This document shows positions 20,303 to 29,810 of a stretch of DNA of 64,000 nt, piece by piece. The position numbers and the translations under genes are program-made. Below the pieces are notes generated by a model. It had not been told where the DNA came from and made no database searches. It saw only the letters and a list, made by a program, of their open reading frames with translations. The number at the start of each line of letters is the position of its first letter. The first letter of the stretch is position 1. This DNA comes from Desulfosudaceae bacterium (GTDB lineage Bacteria > Desulfobacterota > Desulfobacteria > Desulfobacterales > Desulfosudaceae), in contig CAXXDV010000001.1 in assembly GCA_963674745.2 (NCBI GenBank), positions 1,664,001 to 1,728,000 of the forward strand. The letters are read 5' to 3'.

Positions 20303-21004
20303 ATGAATAACGTGAATTTTCCCGGATTCGGGCCGGTTCCCACGCGGGCGCAATTCTGTCTGGCCGTGCTTGTCCGGGGAGGGGAATTCCGCAGCGCGGA
20401 TTTTGTCATCCCCATCCCGGACGGTGGTTTTTCAATCAGCGGCGGTGTCGCGGACAACCTGTTCGTCGCGCCCGAAGATGACAGCCACGGCATTTACGGC
20501 CATCCCCTGACCGTTCCGGGCGGCGTCACCGGTGTCGGTAAATTGTCCCGCGCCCTGGGGAACATGGGCACCGTCACGGCCCGGGTTCAGGCCGTAAAAC
20601 CCATGATCATTCATGATCTGCTGGCCTTTGATCTCACCCTTTTTTTACGTATTCAGGTTCGAAATACCTTTGTCGGCGGAGAATGCTTTATCGGTACGCC
20701 TGAAGAGCCCCTCTCGATTGGGGTTTACCGGGCTGATTGGGACCGGTATGTCCCCAAATTGAGTCGGGACGGCCTGCCGGATCATGTGATGGCCATTGGC
20801 AATATCCATCTGGCCGCTTCCAAATTCAAGGTGCCCGCCGCCACCGGTGCCGGGCCCAAGGGGGCCTTTAACACCCTTGTCAATTCCCGGGCCGGCCTGC
20901 CCAACAAAGGATCGACAACTTCCCTCAGGATCCAGGTCGAGGCTTTTCTGGCGCACAACCCGGATTACAGGGGAAAACCGTCGCCCGCGGCCGAAGACGG
21001 CTGA
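20303..21004 (+). CDS. Hypothetical beta-rich protein, probably co-transcribed with the fused GRE
   Basis: Starts 11 bp after the GRE stop; Gly/Pro/Val-rich (LTVPGGVTG, CFIGTPEEP, VPAATG, NSRAGLP). No clear RBS. Confidence 0.7.
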   Translation: MNNVNFPGFGPVPTRAQFCLAVLVRGGEFRSADFVIPIPDGGFSISGGVADNLFVAPEDDSHGIYGHPLTVPGGVTGVGKLSRALGNMGTVTARVQAVKPMIIHDLLAFDLTLFLRIQVRNTFVGGECFIGTPEEPLSIGVYRADWDRYVPKLSRDGLPDHVMAIGNIHLAASKFKVPAATGAGPKGAFNTLVNSRAGLPNKGSTTSLRIQVEAFLAHNPDYRGKPSPAAEDG

Positions 21005-21197
21005 CAAAAAATAATCATTAAGATTTTTTTGATTCAAACGCTCCCAGAATTTTTACTGGGTTTGGTCTAGGGGACATGTTTTTTTATACGTTTTATGGCG
21101 GATAAAAGATTATTTCAGGGATGGGATAATGTTTCGAAGACCGGCTAAAGGCGCTTTCCTGTAGAGTGCTTTTTTCCGGCAGCATCACCCCGGACAA

Positions 21198-22169
21198 TTA
21201 TTTGTCACCGGTTTTTTCGATTCCCGGACTTTCTGTTCCCCGTGTATCCAGAAGCATTTTTATATCACTGATTTTATTTCTAGCGGCAATATAGCCTTCT
21301 TCGATAGCGTGTTCTACTTGATCATAGTCGAGCATTTTCAGGTCACCCAGGCGGGGTTCAATAAGAATGTCAGCCGGGTTGACGGCGAAATTGACCCGGG
21401 TGATTCTGTCCTGCATGATTTCTATGGCGGCGTGGATCACCTGGCGTGTACCGGGTGTTGATTGTCTGCTCTTTTTCTGGCTTTCCAGCCGCTCCCGGAT
21501 CATTTTTTCCGCAGCCTCATAGCGTGTGGCCAGGGTTTTTAGAAATTCGTTACGAGGTCGAGGCGGTTTTATTTCAACAGCGGTCTTGGCCGGTCGATGG
21601 CGCTTTCGGGAGACCAGTCCGGAATTTAAGTTGACGGCGATCACAATGTCAGCGCCCATGGCCCGAGCCACACCGACAGGTACCGGGTCAACCAGGCCGC
21701 CGTCAAGGAGCCATCCGCCCTTGTGGTTTACCGGTGCAAAAAGGCCGGGATAAGACATGGACGCCCGCAGTGCCTTGAGCAAATCCCCGGAATCAAGAAC
21801 CACCTGTCCGCCGGAGTACATGTCCGTGGCCGTGACCTTCAGGGGGAGATCCAGTTCGGAAAAATTCTTTTTATCGCTGTGCATGCAAAAGAGTTCCCGA
21901 AGCTTTTTGTCGCCATCGATCAGCCCCGAACGTAACAGCGTCAGGTCTGAAAAGGAAAACATGCTTTCGCCGTCCATATGGATGACATATTCTTTTAATC
22001 GTTCCAGGCCGCCGCTGGCAAAAACCGCCCCCACAAAAGCGCCGACACTGCATCCGGCTACGCAGTGAATGGGTATGTCCGCCTCCTGCAGGGCCTCAAT
22101 GGCCCCGATATGCGCCCAGCCGCGGGATGAACCGCTTCCCAGGACAAGCCCTGTTGTGGTTTTATTCAT
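21198..22169 (-). CDS. Patatin-like phospholipase (RssA/NTE family)
   Basis: LVLGSGSSRGWAHIG oxyanion motif, GCSVG (GxSxG), LDGG. Confidence 0.92.
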   Translation of the reverse strand: MNKTTTGLVLGSGSSRGWAHIGAIEALQEADIPIHCVAGCSVGAFVGAVFASGGLERLKEYVIHMDGESMFSFSDLTLLRSGLIDGDKKLRELFCMHSDKKNFSELDLPLKVTATDMYSGGQVVLDSGDLLKALRASMSYPGLFAPVNHKGGWLLDGGLVDPVPVGVARAMGADIVIAVNLNSGLVSRKRHRPAKTAVEIKPPRPRNEFLKTLATRYEAAEKMIRERLESQKKSRQSTPGTRQVIHAAIEIMQDRITRVNFAVNPADILIEPRLGDLKMLDYDQVEHAIEEGYIAARNKISDIKMLLDTRGTESPGIEKTGDK

Positions 22170-22236
22170 AGTTGTTTCTCCTGATCAATTGGAAAGACGG
22201 CGTTTATGTTTGTTTTGAATATCATTATAACACCGC

Positions 22237-24615
22237 TTATTCTTTTTTTTCCGTCAGGCCCCCTATAGCCATCAGGTTCTCCCGGAAGACGTCAAAAATG
22301 TTGTTCATTCCTCCGGCCGCCGCAAAGCGTAGAACGCCGTTTGTGTCGACAACGTATGTGCTGGGCAGTTTTCGTGTAGAAAAGACACCCATGGAAATCT
22401 GATCCCTGTCGATATGGATCGGCCCCTTAAAAGGCAGGTTGTCAGCCAGTGCTTTTGATGAATCTTTGTCCCTGTCAACGATGAACACCATAAACTCAAA
22501 ACCCCGGTCCCCGAATTCTTCCTTCAGCTGTTGCAGGCTTTGCAGTTCAAAATCCACCACAAGGTTATTTGACTTGCACAGGGTAATTACGGTTATGTTC
22601 CTGGAGATGCTTTGCCTGGTAATTTCCTGTCCATTCTGGTCGGTGAATGAAAAATTCATTACAGGCATCCCCACCGTGCCGCCAAGCGGGATGTTCTCAA
22701 CTTCCTCCGGAGAAACCCGCGGGGCCTGTACCGGCCCGTCAGAACAGCATCGAAAGCCGGTTACTTCATTTCTGACACCCGGCCCGAGGCCGTCTACGGC
22801 GAAACGACAGGAAGATTTCGGCCCCAGATAAAAATGCCCGCCAAGAAGAACAGGTGTCCCCTTTGCGGATACCGCCCATTCCGATAAATTCCCCGTAAGG
22901 TCGTAAACACCCTGGGCGGAAACACAACCCGGGTAAGCGCCTGTAACATCGATACTACCTTCTTCCTTTGACTCCGAATCATGACATCGACCGCCCATGT
23001 AATACGGTCCATAAGGAAACATCCAGCCTTCTATATCATCGTCGGTAAAATTTCCGTTTCCGTTATTATCCACGGCCGGGACTCCCGTACAGGCCGTCAC
23101 CCACTCCTCTTCGCTACAAAGTCGCTTGCCGGCTTTTTGACAGGCTTTTTGGGCCATTTTCCAGGAGGCATAAGCTGGCATGACATCCGGCAGGCTGACC
23201 GCGCGGCCCTGCCTGTCAATAGCCGCTTCGAAGGTGTCGATACGGAAGGGCTTTTCTGCCGTTCTCAATGGTATGTCGGCCGGCGTATGTTCGGTCGGGA
23301 CCACCGGGACCGTCATGGCAGCGCTTGTATCCGAAGCCCGGGCGAGGGCTTTTTGAATATAATATTCAAGGATCTCCACCCCCACGTTTCCGGAAATAAG
23401 ATACCCGTTAATATATGTTCTTGGTGTGCCGTTAATCTGTACCCGGTAGCCATCCAGGACGTCTGCGGCGATTTTTTTATCCGGCCTGTCGCTGTTCAGG
23501 CAGGCATTAAACTGTTCCCGGTCCAGGCCCAGGACGTCTACCATACTCGCCAGGTCCTTATCGCTGTGTCTGGAGGAAGACCCGCTAAAAAGATAATTGT
23601 GCGCTTCCCAGAATTTGCCCTGTTCCGAAGCGCAGACGGCCGCCTTGGAAGCCTTGCAGGCATTGGGGTGTGTTGTCCTGAACCGCGGATTGCATTCCTG
23701 GTCAAGTGGGAAGTGCTTGAAAACCCATCGGATGCGGCCTTCATATTTTTTTTCAAGAGGAGCGATTTCCCGGAAAAGCGACCTACAGTGGCTGCAATTA
23801 AAATCAGCAAATTGAACAATGGTTACAGGCGCATTCTCCGGGCCTTTTACATGATCTTTATCCGTTATGGAAAAATTCATGAAAGACATGCCATGGCCGG
23901 TTTTAACGGGAACGATGTCCGTTTCGGCCGTGGCTGTCTTTGTTTCTTTTGGCGCGATCTTCGTTTCCCGGGGCCCCTCGTGCTTTGGTGACGAAGGTCG
24001 TTTCGTCTGCGCCTCGGTTTTTTTTATATATTCTGCGATCATCCCGGATTTTATCCCGGCATAAAGTGTGTATACACCGCTGAACGAAACCCAGAAAGAA
24101 ACGATTATGGCTGTCAGCACCGGCCACGACCTAAAAATCCCGAGATATGTCGCCGGTTTTGAAACGGAACGCAAGGGCCGGGGCAGAGACAGGAACGCCG
24201 TGATGGTTACGGAAAAATTGACGACGTACATCAGTATGCAATAGGTACAGACCGCCTTGATCACAACAATCGAAATATATGCCAGGTAGACCGAATAAGC
24301 ACATGTTGCCAGGCCGATGCAGAAAAGGGCGGACAGGGCCTTCTCCCGTTGCCTGCTGACCGCCGCAGCCAGAACAGCCAGAAATATCATCGAGACATAG
24401 GTGGCAATTCCGAAAAGTGTTATCGGTATGCCCATTAATTCAGACTGATCGGATGTCTGAACCATGTCACAGTTGACCTGCGCACTGTAATTGCATCCGC
24501 TGATATAGTCCGGATGATATTGAAGCTGAAGCTTAACCATGGTGAGGTACCAGGCTGCTCCGATTCCTGCGACAAGCAAAACAATGACAATGCTGAGTGA
24601 TCGTATCTTCTTCAA
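22237..24615 (-). CDS. Multidomain membrane redox protein: VKOR + DsbA-like + FGE-sulfatase-like + degenerate TlpA/redoxin domain
   Basis: VKOR (loop Cys pair, SELMGIP, CTYC); DsbA (FADFNCSHC, INGTP); FGE/SUMF1-like (GKRLCSEEEWVTAC, GVYDLTGNLSEW, GFRCC); C-terminal thioredoxin-like fold without CxxC. TTG start. Confidence 0.85.
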   Translation of the reverse strand: MKKIRSLSIVIVLLVAGIGAAWYLTMVKLQLQYHPDYISGCNYSAQVNCDMVQTSDQSELMGIPITLFGIATYVSMIFLAVLAAAVSRQREKALSALFCIGLATCAYSVYLAYISIVVIKAVCTYCILMYVVNFSVTITAFLSLPRPLRSVSKPATYLGIFRSWPVLTAIIVSFWVSFSGVYTLYAGIKSGMIAEYIKKTEAQTKRPSSPKHEGPRETKIAPKETKTATAETDIVPVKTGHGMSFMNFSITDKDHVKGPENAPVTIVQFADFNCSHCRSLFREIAPLEKKYEGRIRWVFKHFPLDQECNPRFRTTHPNACKASKAAVCASEQGKFWEAHNYLFSGSSSRHSDKDLASMVDVLGLDREQFNACLNSDRPDKKIAADVLDGYRVQINGTPRTYINGYLISGNVGVEILEYYIQKALARASDTSAAMTVPVVPTEHTPADIPLRTAEKPFRIDTFEAAIDRQGRAVSLPDVMPAYASWKMAQKACQKAGKRLCSEEEWVTACTGVPAVDNNGNGNFTDDDIEGWMFPYGPYYMGGRCHDSESKEEGSIDVTGAYPGCVSAQGVYDLTGNLSEWAVSAKGTPVLLGGHFYLGPKSSCRFAVDGLGPGVRNEVTGFRCCSDGPVQAPRVSPEEVENIPLGGTVGMPVMNFSFTDQNGQEITRQSISRNITVITLCKSNNLVVDFELQSLQQLKEEFGDRGFEFMVFIVDRDKDSSKALADNLPFKGPIHIDRDQISMGVFSTRKLPSTYVVDTNGVLRFAAAGGMNNIFDVFRENLMAIGGLTEKKE

Positions 24616-24678
24616 CTTTGAAATTAACCTTATCTTTTTTTATTCCGGAATAAGTCGTTTTGTCCGGTACTATATCAT

Positions 24679-25506
24679 TTAAAGCTTTTCACCACATCCC
24701 CGGCAGAACCCGGCATCAACCGGATGTCCTGTCAGGCCGCAGGCGGCGCACGAACGTGCTTCCGCGTCACTGTTGGCGGTGCGGGAAAGCTCGACCGTGA
24801 CAATCCCGGTCGGTACCGCGATAATGCCGTAACCCACAATCATTAAGAATGATGCCAGCGCTTTACCCAGGGGCGTCTGCGGGGATATGTCACCGTAACC
24901 GACGGTGGTCAGGGTCACAATGGCCCAGTATATACTGGTGGGAATATCGTTAAACCCGCTTTTTTCGCCTTCCAGAACATACATGACGGATCCGCAGATA
25001 ACGACAATGATCAGCACTGTAAAAATAAAGACGCCGATTTTTCGCCCGCTGGACCGCAAGGCGCCGATCAGCAGCCGGGCTTCCCGGGTATAAATGGTCA
25101 GCTTGAATACCCGGAAAACGCGCAGCAGGCGGAGTGTGCGGATGGTCAGCAGGGACTGGCTGCCGGGAATAAAGATGCTCAAATAGGTCGGCAGGATGGC
25201 CAGCAGATCAACCAGGCCGAAAAAACTGGTGGCATAAACCAGCGGTCGCCTGACGCTGACCAGTCGCAGGATGTATTCAATGGTGAACAGAACCGTAAAA
25301 AACCATTCAGCACCGTAAAGCAGTTCCCCGTAAACGGCGCGGACGGGCTGAACGCTTTCCAGGATGACGCAGGCCACGCTGATCACAATACTGCCGATCA
25401 GGATAACATCAAAGGTTTTGCCGGCCGGCGTGTCCGTGCCGAAAATGACTTCGTAAAGGTTTTCCCGCCAGGGCTGCTTAACCGGTCTGCGTGGCTTGTC
25501 AACCAT
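24679..25506 (-). CDS. Voltage-gated-type potassium channel (ion transporter)
   Basis: S4 RTLRLLRVFRVFK; pore YWAIVTLTTVGYGD. Confidence 0.93.
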   Translation of the reverse strand: MVDKPRRPVKQPWRENLYEVIFGTDTPAGKTFDVILIGSIVISVACVILESVQPVRAVYGELLYGAEWFFTVLFTIEYILRLVSVRRPLVYATSFFGLVDLLAILPTYLSIFIPGSQSLLTIRTLRLLRVFRVFKLTIYTREARLLIGALRSSGRKIGVFIFTVLIIVVICGSVMYVLEGEKSGFNDIPTSIYWAIVTLTTVGYGDISPQTPLGKALASFLMIVGYGIIAVPTGIVTVELSRTANSDAEARSCAACGLTGHPVDAGFCRGCGEKL

Positions 25507-25774
25507 TCTTCATTGCTCCTGACACGCTTTGAATTGTGTCGCGATCTGGTCGTATATACTCATTTATCGTTATTTTTCGAAATTTTTTCATGATCAGGCA
25601 ATAATGTCAAAGAATCAGGGCAAAATACCGATATTTTTCGGAGCGAAAAGCGCCCGTAAAAAATACTTGCTTTTTTTTCAAATTTCGAGATAAAATACTC
25701 TGTGCTTTCTGTTTTATGTTGTTAATTGGAGTTCCAGCAAATGCCGGCTGGACACATCAGTAAGAGGAGGGGGG

Positions 25775-26347
25775 ATGTCGTCCAAGAAATCATCACAGGA
25801 AGATTTTATTGATTTTTCAGACCTTGGTCTTGAATTGGACCAAGAGGTTGAAGATGTCGAAGAAGACCTGCTTGAAATCCAGGCTTTCCAGGCGGCCTCT
25901 GCCGATAGCGCCGAAGATCCCTTTATTATTTCCCCCAAGCCTCGCAATGAGCGGCGCAACTGGAAGCGATTTGCCATAGACGGCGCCTTTGCCATGGTCG
26001 TAAAGCCGCCCAAGCTCTCTTTTTTAAAACCCGTATATATCAAGCTCGGGCCGGTCAAGGATATCGGCATGAAAGGCCTGGCCATCCATTATGTGGAAAA
26101 AAGAATCGATGAGGAACCCAAATTTAAAAAAGCCCCTTATCTCTCTATTGTGCAAGCCGGAGGCCAGGTTATTGTTGATAAAATCCCTTTTACAATCGTG
26201 AACACCTTCAAGGTGGCCGATCTTCCGGGAGACAAGGAAATCTGGAACCTCTGTGTTTCGTTTAAAAAACTGCTTCCCATGCAGCGGGTTCAGATCGAAA
26301 AGTTTATCGAAAGGTATGGCGACGAGGTTAAAGCCAAATTGCCCTGA
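25775..26347 (+). CDS. PilZ-domain protein with an acidic N-terminus
   Basis: ERRNWKRF (RxxxR) followed by DIGMKGL (D/NxSxxG-like); GGAGG RBS. Confidence 0.7.
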   Translation: MSSKKSSQEDFIDFSDLGLELDQEVEDVEEDLLEIQAFQAASADSAEDPFIISPKPRNERRNWKRFAIDGAFAMVVKPPKLSFLKPVYIKLGPVKDIGMKGLAIHYVEKRIDEEPKFKKAPYLSIVQAGGQVIVDKIPFTIVNTFKVADLPGDKEIWNLCVSFKKLLPMQRVQIEKFIERYGDEVKAKLP

Positions 26348-26426
26348 AAAAGCATCCGCATTTGATCCATCCCGTTAAACCGGTTTGCCCGCAGCTTTTT
26401 GCCATCATTAAAAATTGATAGTATAC

Positions 26427-26675
26427 CTCGTCACCCCGGGCACCGGAGACTGTGTCGCAATTCAAAACAAGCCGGAAAAAGAGTGTTTTCCGGAATGGTT
26501 TTACCATTAAAATTCAAAGAAAGTTCGTTATACGACAAATTAGGAAGTCGCTTTTTTTGAATAAACAATTGTGACACAGTCTCACCGACCCGGGGTCCAG
26601 AAAAAATGAATCATATCAATTTTATACTGGATTCCGGCTCACGCTCCGCTTCGCTCCACTGGCCGGAATGACGAG
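26427..26675. repeat. REP/REPIN-like inverted palindrome pair, interrupted by a MITE
   Basis: CTCGTCACCCCGGG…CCCGGGGTCCAG facing CTGGATTCCGGC…GCCGGAATGACGAG. Confidence 0.7.
26446..26583. mobile_element. 138-bp MITE (non-autonomous IS derivative)
   Basis: 17-bp terminal inverted repeats GAGACTGTGTCGCAATT / AATTGTGACACAGTCTC (one mismatch); flanking 4-bp direct repeat ACCG (26442-26445, 26584-26587); AT-rich non-coding interior. Confidence 0.8.
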
Positions 26676-26752
26676 TTTTTGTAGTACAGGCTGTGAAGCT
26701 TTCCGCCACATACTGTTCGACCGAAGGTAAATTTTTCGATCTGGATGTGTCC

Positions 26753-27985
26753 TTAATAAAAAAACAGATAAGACATGGTAATGGCGGCAATGATACCGGC
26801 ACAATCCGCAATCAGGCCGCAGGTAACGGCATAACGGGTATTTTTGATGCCTACCGAACCGAAATATACAGCGATGATGTAAAAGGTTGTGTCGGTTGCC
26901 CCCTGAACGGTTGAGGCCACCCGGCCCACAAAAGAGTCGGCCCCGTAAGTGGTCATGGCCTCGACCATCATGCCGCGGGCGCCGCTGCCGCTCAAGGGCT
27001 TCATCATGGCGGTCGGCAGGGCGCCGGCAAAATCAGTGTTCAGGTGCAATAAACCCAGCAGGCGGCTGATGCCGTTCACCAAAAAGTCCATGGCGCCCGA
27101 AGCGCGAAACACACCGATGGCCACCAGGATGGCGATCAGGTAAGGAATGATGGTGACGGCTGTTTTGAACCCGTCTTTGGCACCTTCGATAAACGCCTCG
27201 TAAACATTGACCCTGCGGCAGGCTGCCAGCGTGATAAAACTGATGATAATGGAAAGCAGGATGAAGTTGCTGGCAACCGAACTGTATAACTGGATCTGTT
27301 CCTGGGTCAGGGTGCTCAGATAGGCAATCAGGAGCAGGATAACGGCTGTTATGCCGAACAGATAAGCGAAAATGACACGGTCAAACAGATTGATGCGCTG
27401 ATAGATGGATACGCTGATAACACCGGCCAGGGTCGAGAAAAAGGTCGCCAGCAGAATGGGAATAAAAATATCGGACGGATCGGCCGCACCCAGCTGCGCC
27501 CGGTAAACCATAATGCTGATGGGAATCAGGGTCAGGCCGCTGGTATTAAGCACCAGAAACATGATCATGGCATTGGTGGCCGTGTCTTTTTCCGGGTTGT
27601 CCTCTTGAAGTTCCTTCATGGCTTTCAGGCCGACAGGTGTGGCGGCATTGTCCAGCCCCAGCATGTTGGCGGCCACATTCATCATCATGGCGCCGATGGC
27701 CGGGTGGTCCTTGCGTAACTCGGGGAAAAGTTTATGGAAAAACGGTCCAATAACCCGGCTCATGAGTTTGATTACCCCGCCTTTTTCGCCCACTTTCATG
27801 ATGCCCAGCCAGAGCGTCAAGACCCCGGTCAGGCCCAGTGATATTTCAAAACCGGTTTTGGCCATGTCAAAGGAGGCGTTTACCAGGTGGGAGAATACAT
27901 CGTAATCACCACCGACAAAAAATTGCATAATAGATGCAATAAATGCCGTGAAAAAAAAGGCGATAAAGATATAGTTTAATGCCAT
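26753..27985 (-). CDS. SpmA/SpmB-fused nucleoside-recognition (GATE) domain membrane protein
   Basis: LWLGIMKVGEKGG, ANMLGLDNAATPVGLKAM, KPLSGSGARG, TTFYIIAVYFG. Start moved to ATG 27985, which overlaps the upstream stop (TAATG). Confidence 0.88.
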   Translation of the reverse strand: MALNYIFIAFFFTAFIASIMQFFVGGDYDVFSHLVNASFDMAKTGFEISLGLTGVLTLWLGIMKVGEKGGVIKLMSRVIGPFFHKLFPELRKDHPAIGAMMMNVAANMLGLDNAATPVGLKAMKELQEDNPEKDTATNAMIMFLVLNTSGLTLIPISIMVYRAQLGAADPSDIFIPILLATFFSTLAGVISVSIYQRINLFDRVIFAYLFGITAVILLLIAYLSTLTQEQIQLYSSVASNFILLSIIISFITLAACRRVNVYEAFIEGAKDGFKTAVTIIPYLIAILVAIGVFRASGAMDFLVNGISRLLGLLHLNTDFAGALPTAMMKPLSGSGARGMMVEAMTTYGADSFVGRVASTVQGATDTTFYIIAVYFGSVGIKNTRYAVTCGLIADCAGIIAAITMSYLFFY

Positions 27986-28848
27986 TACGGCTTTTTCCCC
28001 ATTCCCAGCTTGTCCGCCAGATAAAAGACGACCCAGGCCCCGCACAGATCACAATCCGCGTCATTGCCGTAACAGCAGAAGGGGGTTACAAAATGATCGC
28101 CTTCCAGGTAGAGTGGCAAAACAAACTGTTTGGCCGGACAATTGTCGGTAATGGCCTTGGCATTTTCAGACCGGGTCAACGCCAGTGTCCGGTCGGAGTT
28201 CCATATAAATTCAGGGTATTTATTCTTTAACCGGATGGCTTCGGAAACGGCTTTGTCCCTGCGCTCCAGCGACCCCCAGGTAAGATCTGAATGGTCTTCC
28301 CTGTTGGGGACATAAAAAGAAAAGGTCATGCCTTCAAGTCGTGTTGGCAACAACAGCTCGACCAACTCTTCAAGGTAATCCTCGTTTGCCCTGGTGACCA
28401 CGCACTGGCACATGATCGTTGACCCGAAATTTTCCGGCACCCGGGAAAGTGTGCGCATGATTTTGTCAAAAGTCCCCTTTCCCCGGATGTCGTCGTTAAT
28501 TTCAGGCGGACCGTCAATGGAAATGACATAGATACAGCCGGGAAAATCGATCAGGTCAAGGGTGCCGTTGGTGGTGATGTGGTTTTTATTAAAGAATTTA
28601 ACGCCCTCCCGAAGCACATCCGGGCGCAGCAGTGGCTCGCCACCCATCCAGAGCATGGTGTGAATATAATGTTTCTGCTGCAGGGCCTTGAGGGTTTCCA
28701 GCATGGTGGCCGTGTCCATTTCGTTTTTCTGATCGTTGGGGTTTCCGTCTCGAAAAACAAAACAGTGCCGGCAGCGCAACGTGCATTTGTTGGTGATATT
28801 GACCATTGCCGCCGGAAAGAACTGTTGTGCGGAATCTTGCGTATCCAT
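27985..28848 (-). CDS. Radical SAM protein with a C-terminal Cys cluster (twitch/SPASM-like)
   Basis: CTLRCRHC, GGEPLL, TNGT, SIDG; C-terminal C…CC…CDLC. Confidence 0.88.
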   Translation of the reverse strand: MDTQDSAQQFFPAAMVNITNKCTLRCRHCFVFRDGNPNDQKNEMDTATMLETLKALQQKHYIHTMLWMGGEPLLRPDVLREGVKFFNKNHITTNGTLDLIDFPGCIYVISIDGPPEINDDIRGKGTFDKIMRTLSRVPENFGSTIMCQCVVTRANEDYLEELVELLLPTRLEGMTFSFYVPNREDHSDLTWGSLERRDKAVSEAIRLKNKYPEFIWNSDRTLALTRSENAKAITDNCPAKQFVLPLYLEGDHFVTPFCCYGNDADCDLCGAWVVFYLADKLGMGKKP

Positions 28849-28863
28849 TGCCGACTCCCTTAT

Positions 28864-29790
28864 CTATCCTTTGAAGGTGCTGCTGCCATAATCCCCATAC
28901 GGCTCGTCCCTTTCCCGTACCGCCTGTTTAAAACCGGCTTCGACCGACCGCTGCTGGAAAGCGTATCCTTCTTTGGTATGTCGGGCGATCCCGTCAAACA
29001 CGGTACCCAGGATCTGGGTCGGGCCCAGTCCGGCTGCCTGAACGGTCTGGTTGATCAGCAGTTTCATCATCATCAGCTGATTGACAGGCATGCGGGCGAT
29101 CCGTTTCAGCAGCGTTTCAAATCGCTCATCAAGCTTGTCCGCGGGTGCGGATTCAATGGCCAGTCCCCATTCAACCGCTTCTTTGCCGTTCAGGCAGTCA
29201 CCGGTAAACAACAGACGCTTGGCTTTTTCAATTCCGATACGAAATGCCCAGATACTGGTTGTGGGTGACCCCCAGACCCGGGCGGGCGGGTAACCGATTT
29301 TGGCCTTTTCTTCAATAACCAGCAGGTCCGAGCACAGCGCCATGTCCGTTCCACCGGCCACACAGAACCCGTGGACCTTACAGACCACGGGTTTATTGGC
29401 GTTAAACAGGCTCATGAATCCTTTGACGTTGCGGCTCATCATCTGGTAGTCCACCATGGGATCCCATGTCTCGGCCGGTATGTGGTTGGTAAACATCGTC
29501 AGCGGATCCAGGGCCGAACCTTTGGGTGCATCCCACTGCAGCACATCGGTTTCATCCTGGTCGATAGCGCCTTCGGCAAAGGCCATCAGATCATAGCCGC
29601 CGCAAAACCCTTTCCCGCTTCCGGACAGGGCCATGACATGCACCGCCGGATCAAGGTCCGCCTGTTCAACGCACCAGGTCAGTTCCCGTGGGGTTTCCAG
29701 GGTAATGGCGTTGCCCCGGTCAGGCCTGTTAAAGGTAATCCAGGCAACCCTGTCCTTTACCTCGTAAGTCATGGTTTTTAACGTTTTCAT
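28864..29790 (-). CDS. Crotonase / enoyl-CoA hydratase family protein
   Basis: ITFNRPDRGNAI, FCGGYDL, KPVVCKVHGFCVAGGTDMALCSD. Confidence 0.92.
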   Translation of the reverse strand: MKTLKTMTYEVKDRVAWITFNRPDRGNAITLETPRELTWCVEQADLDPAVHVMALSGSGKGFCGGYDLMAFAEGAIDQDETDVLQWDAPKGSALDPLTMFTNHIPAETWDPMVDYQMMSRNVKGFMSLFNANKPVVCKVHGFCVAGGTDMALCSDLLVIEEKAKIGYPPARVWGSPTTSIWAFRIGIEKAKRLLFTGDCLNGKEAVEWGLAIESAPADKLDERFETLLKRIARMPVNQLMMMKLLINQTVQAAGLGPTQILGTVFDGIARHTKEGYAFQQRSVEAGFKQAVRERDEPYGDYGSSTFKG

Positions 29791-29810
29791 TATTCCCTTT
29801 CGAATGTTGA

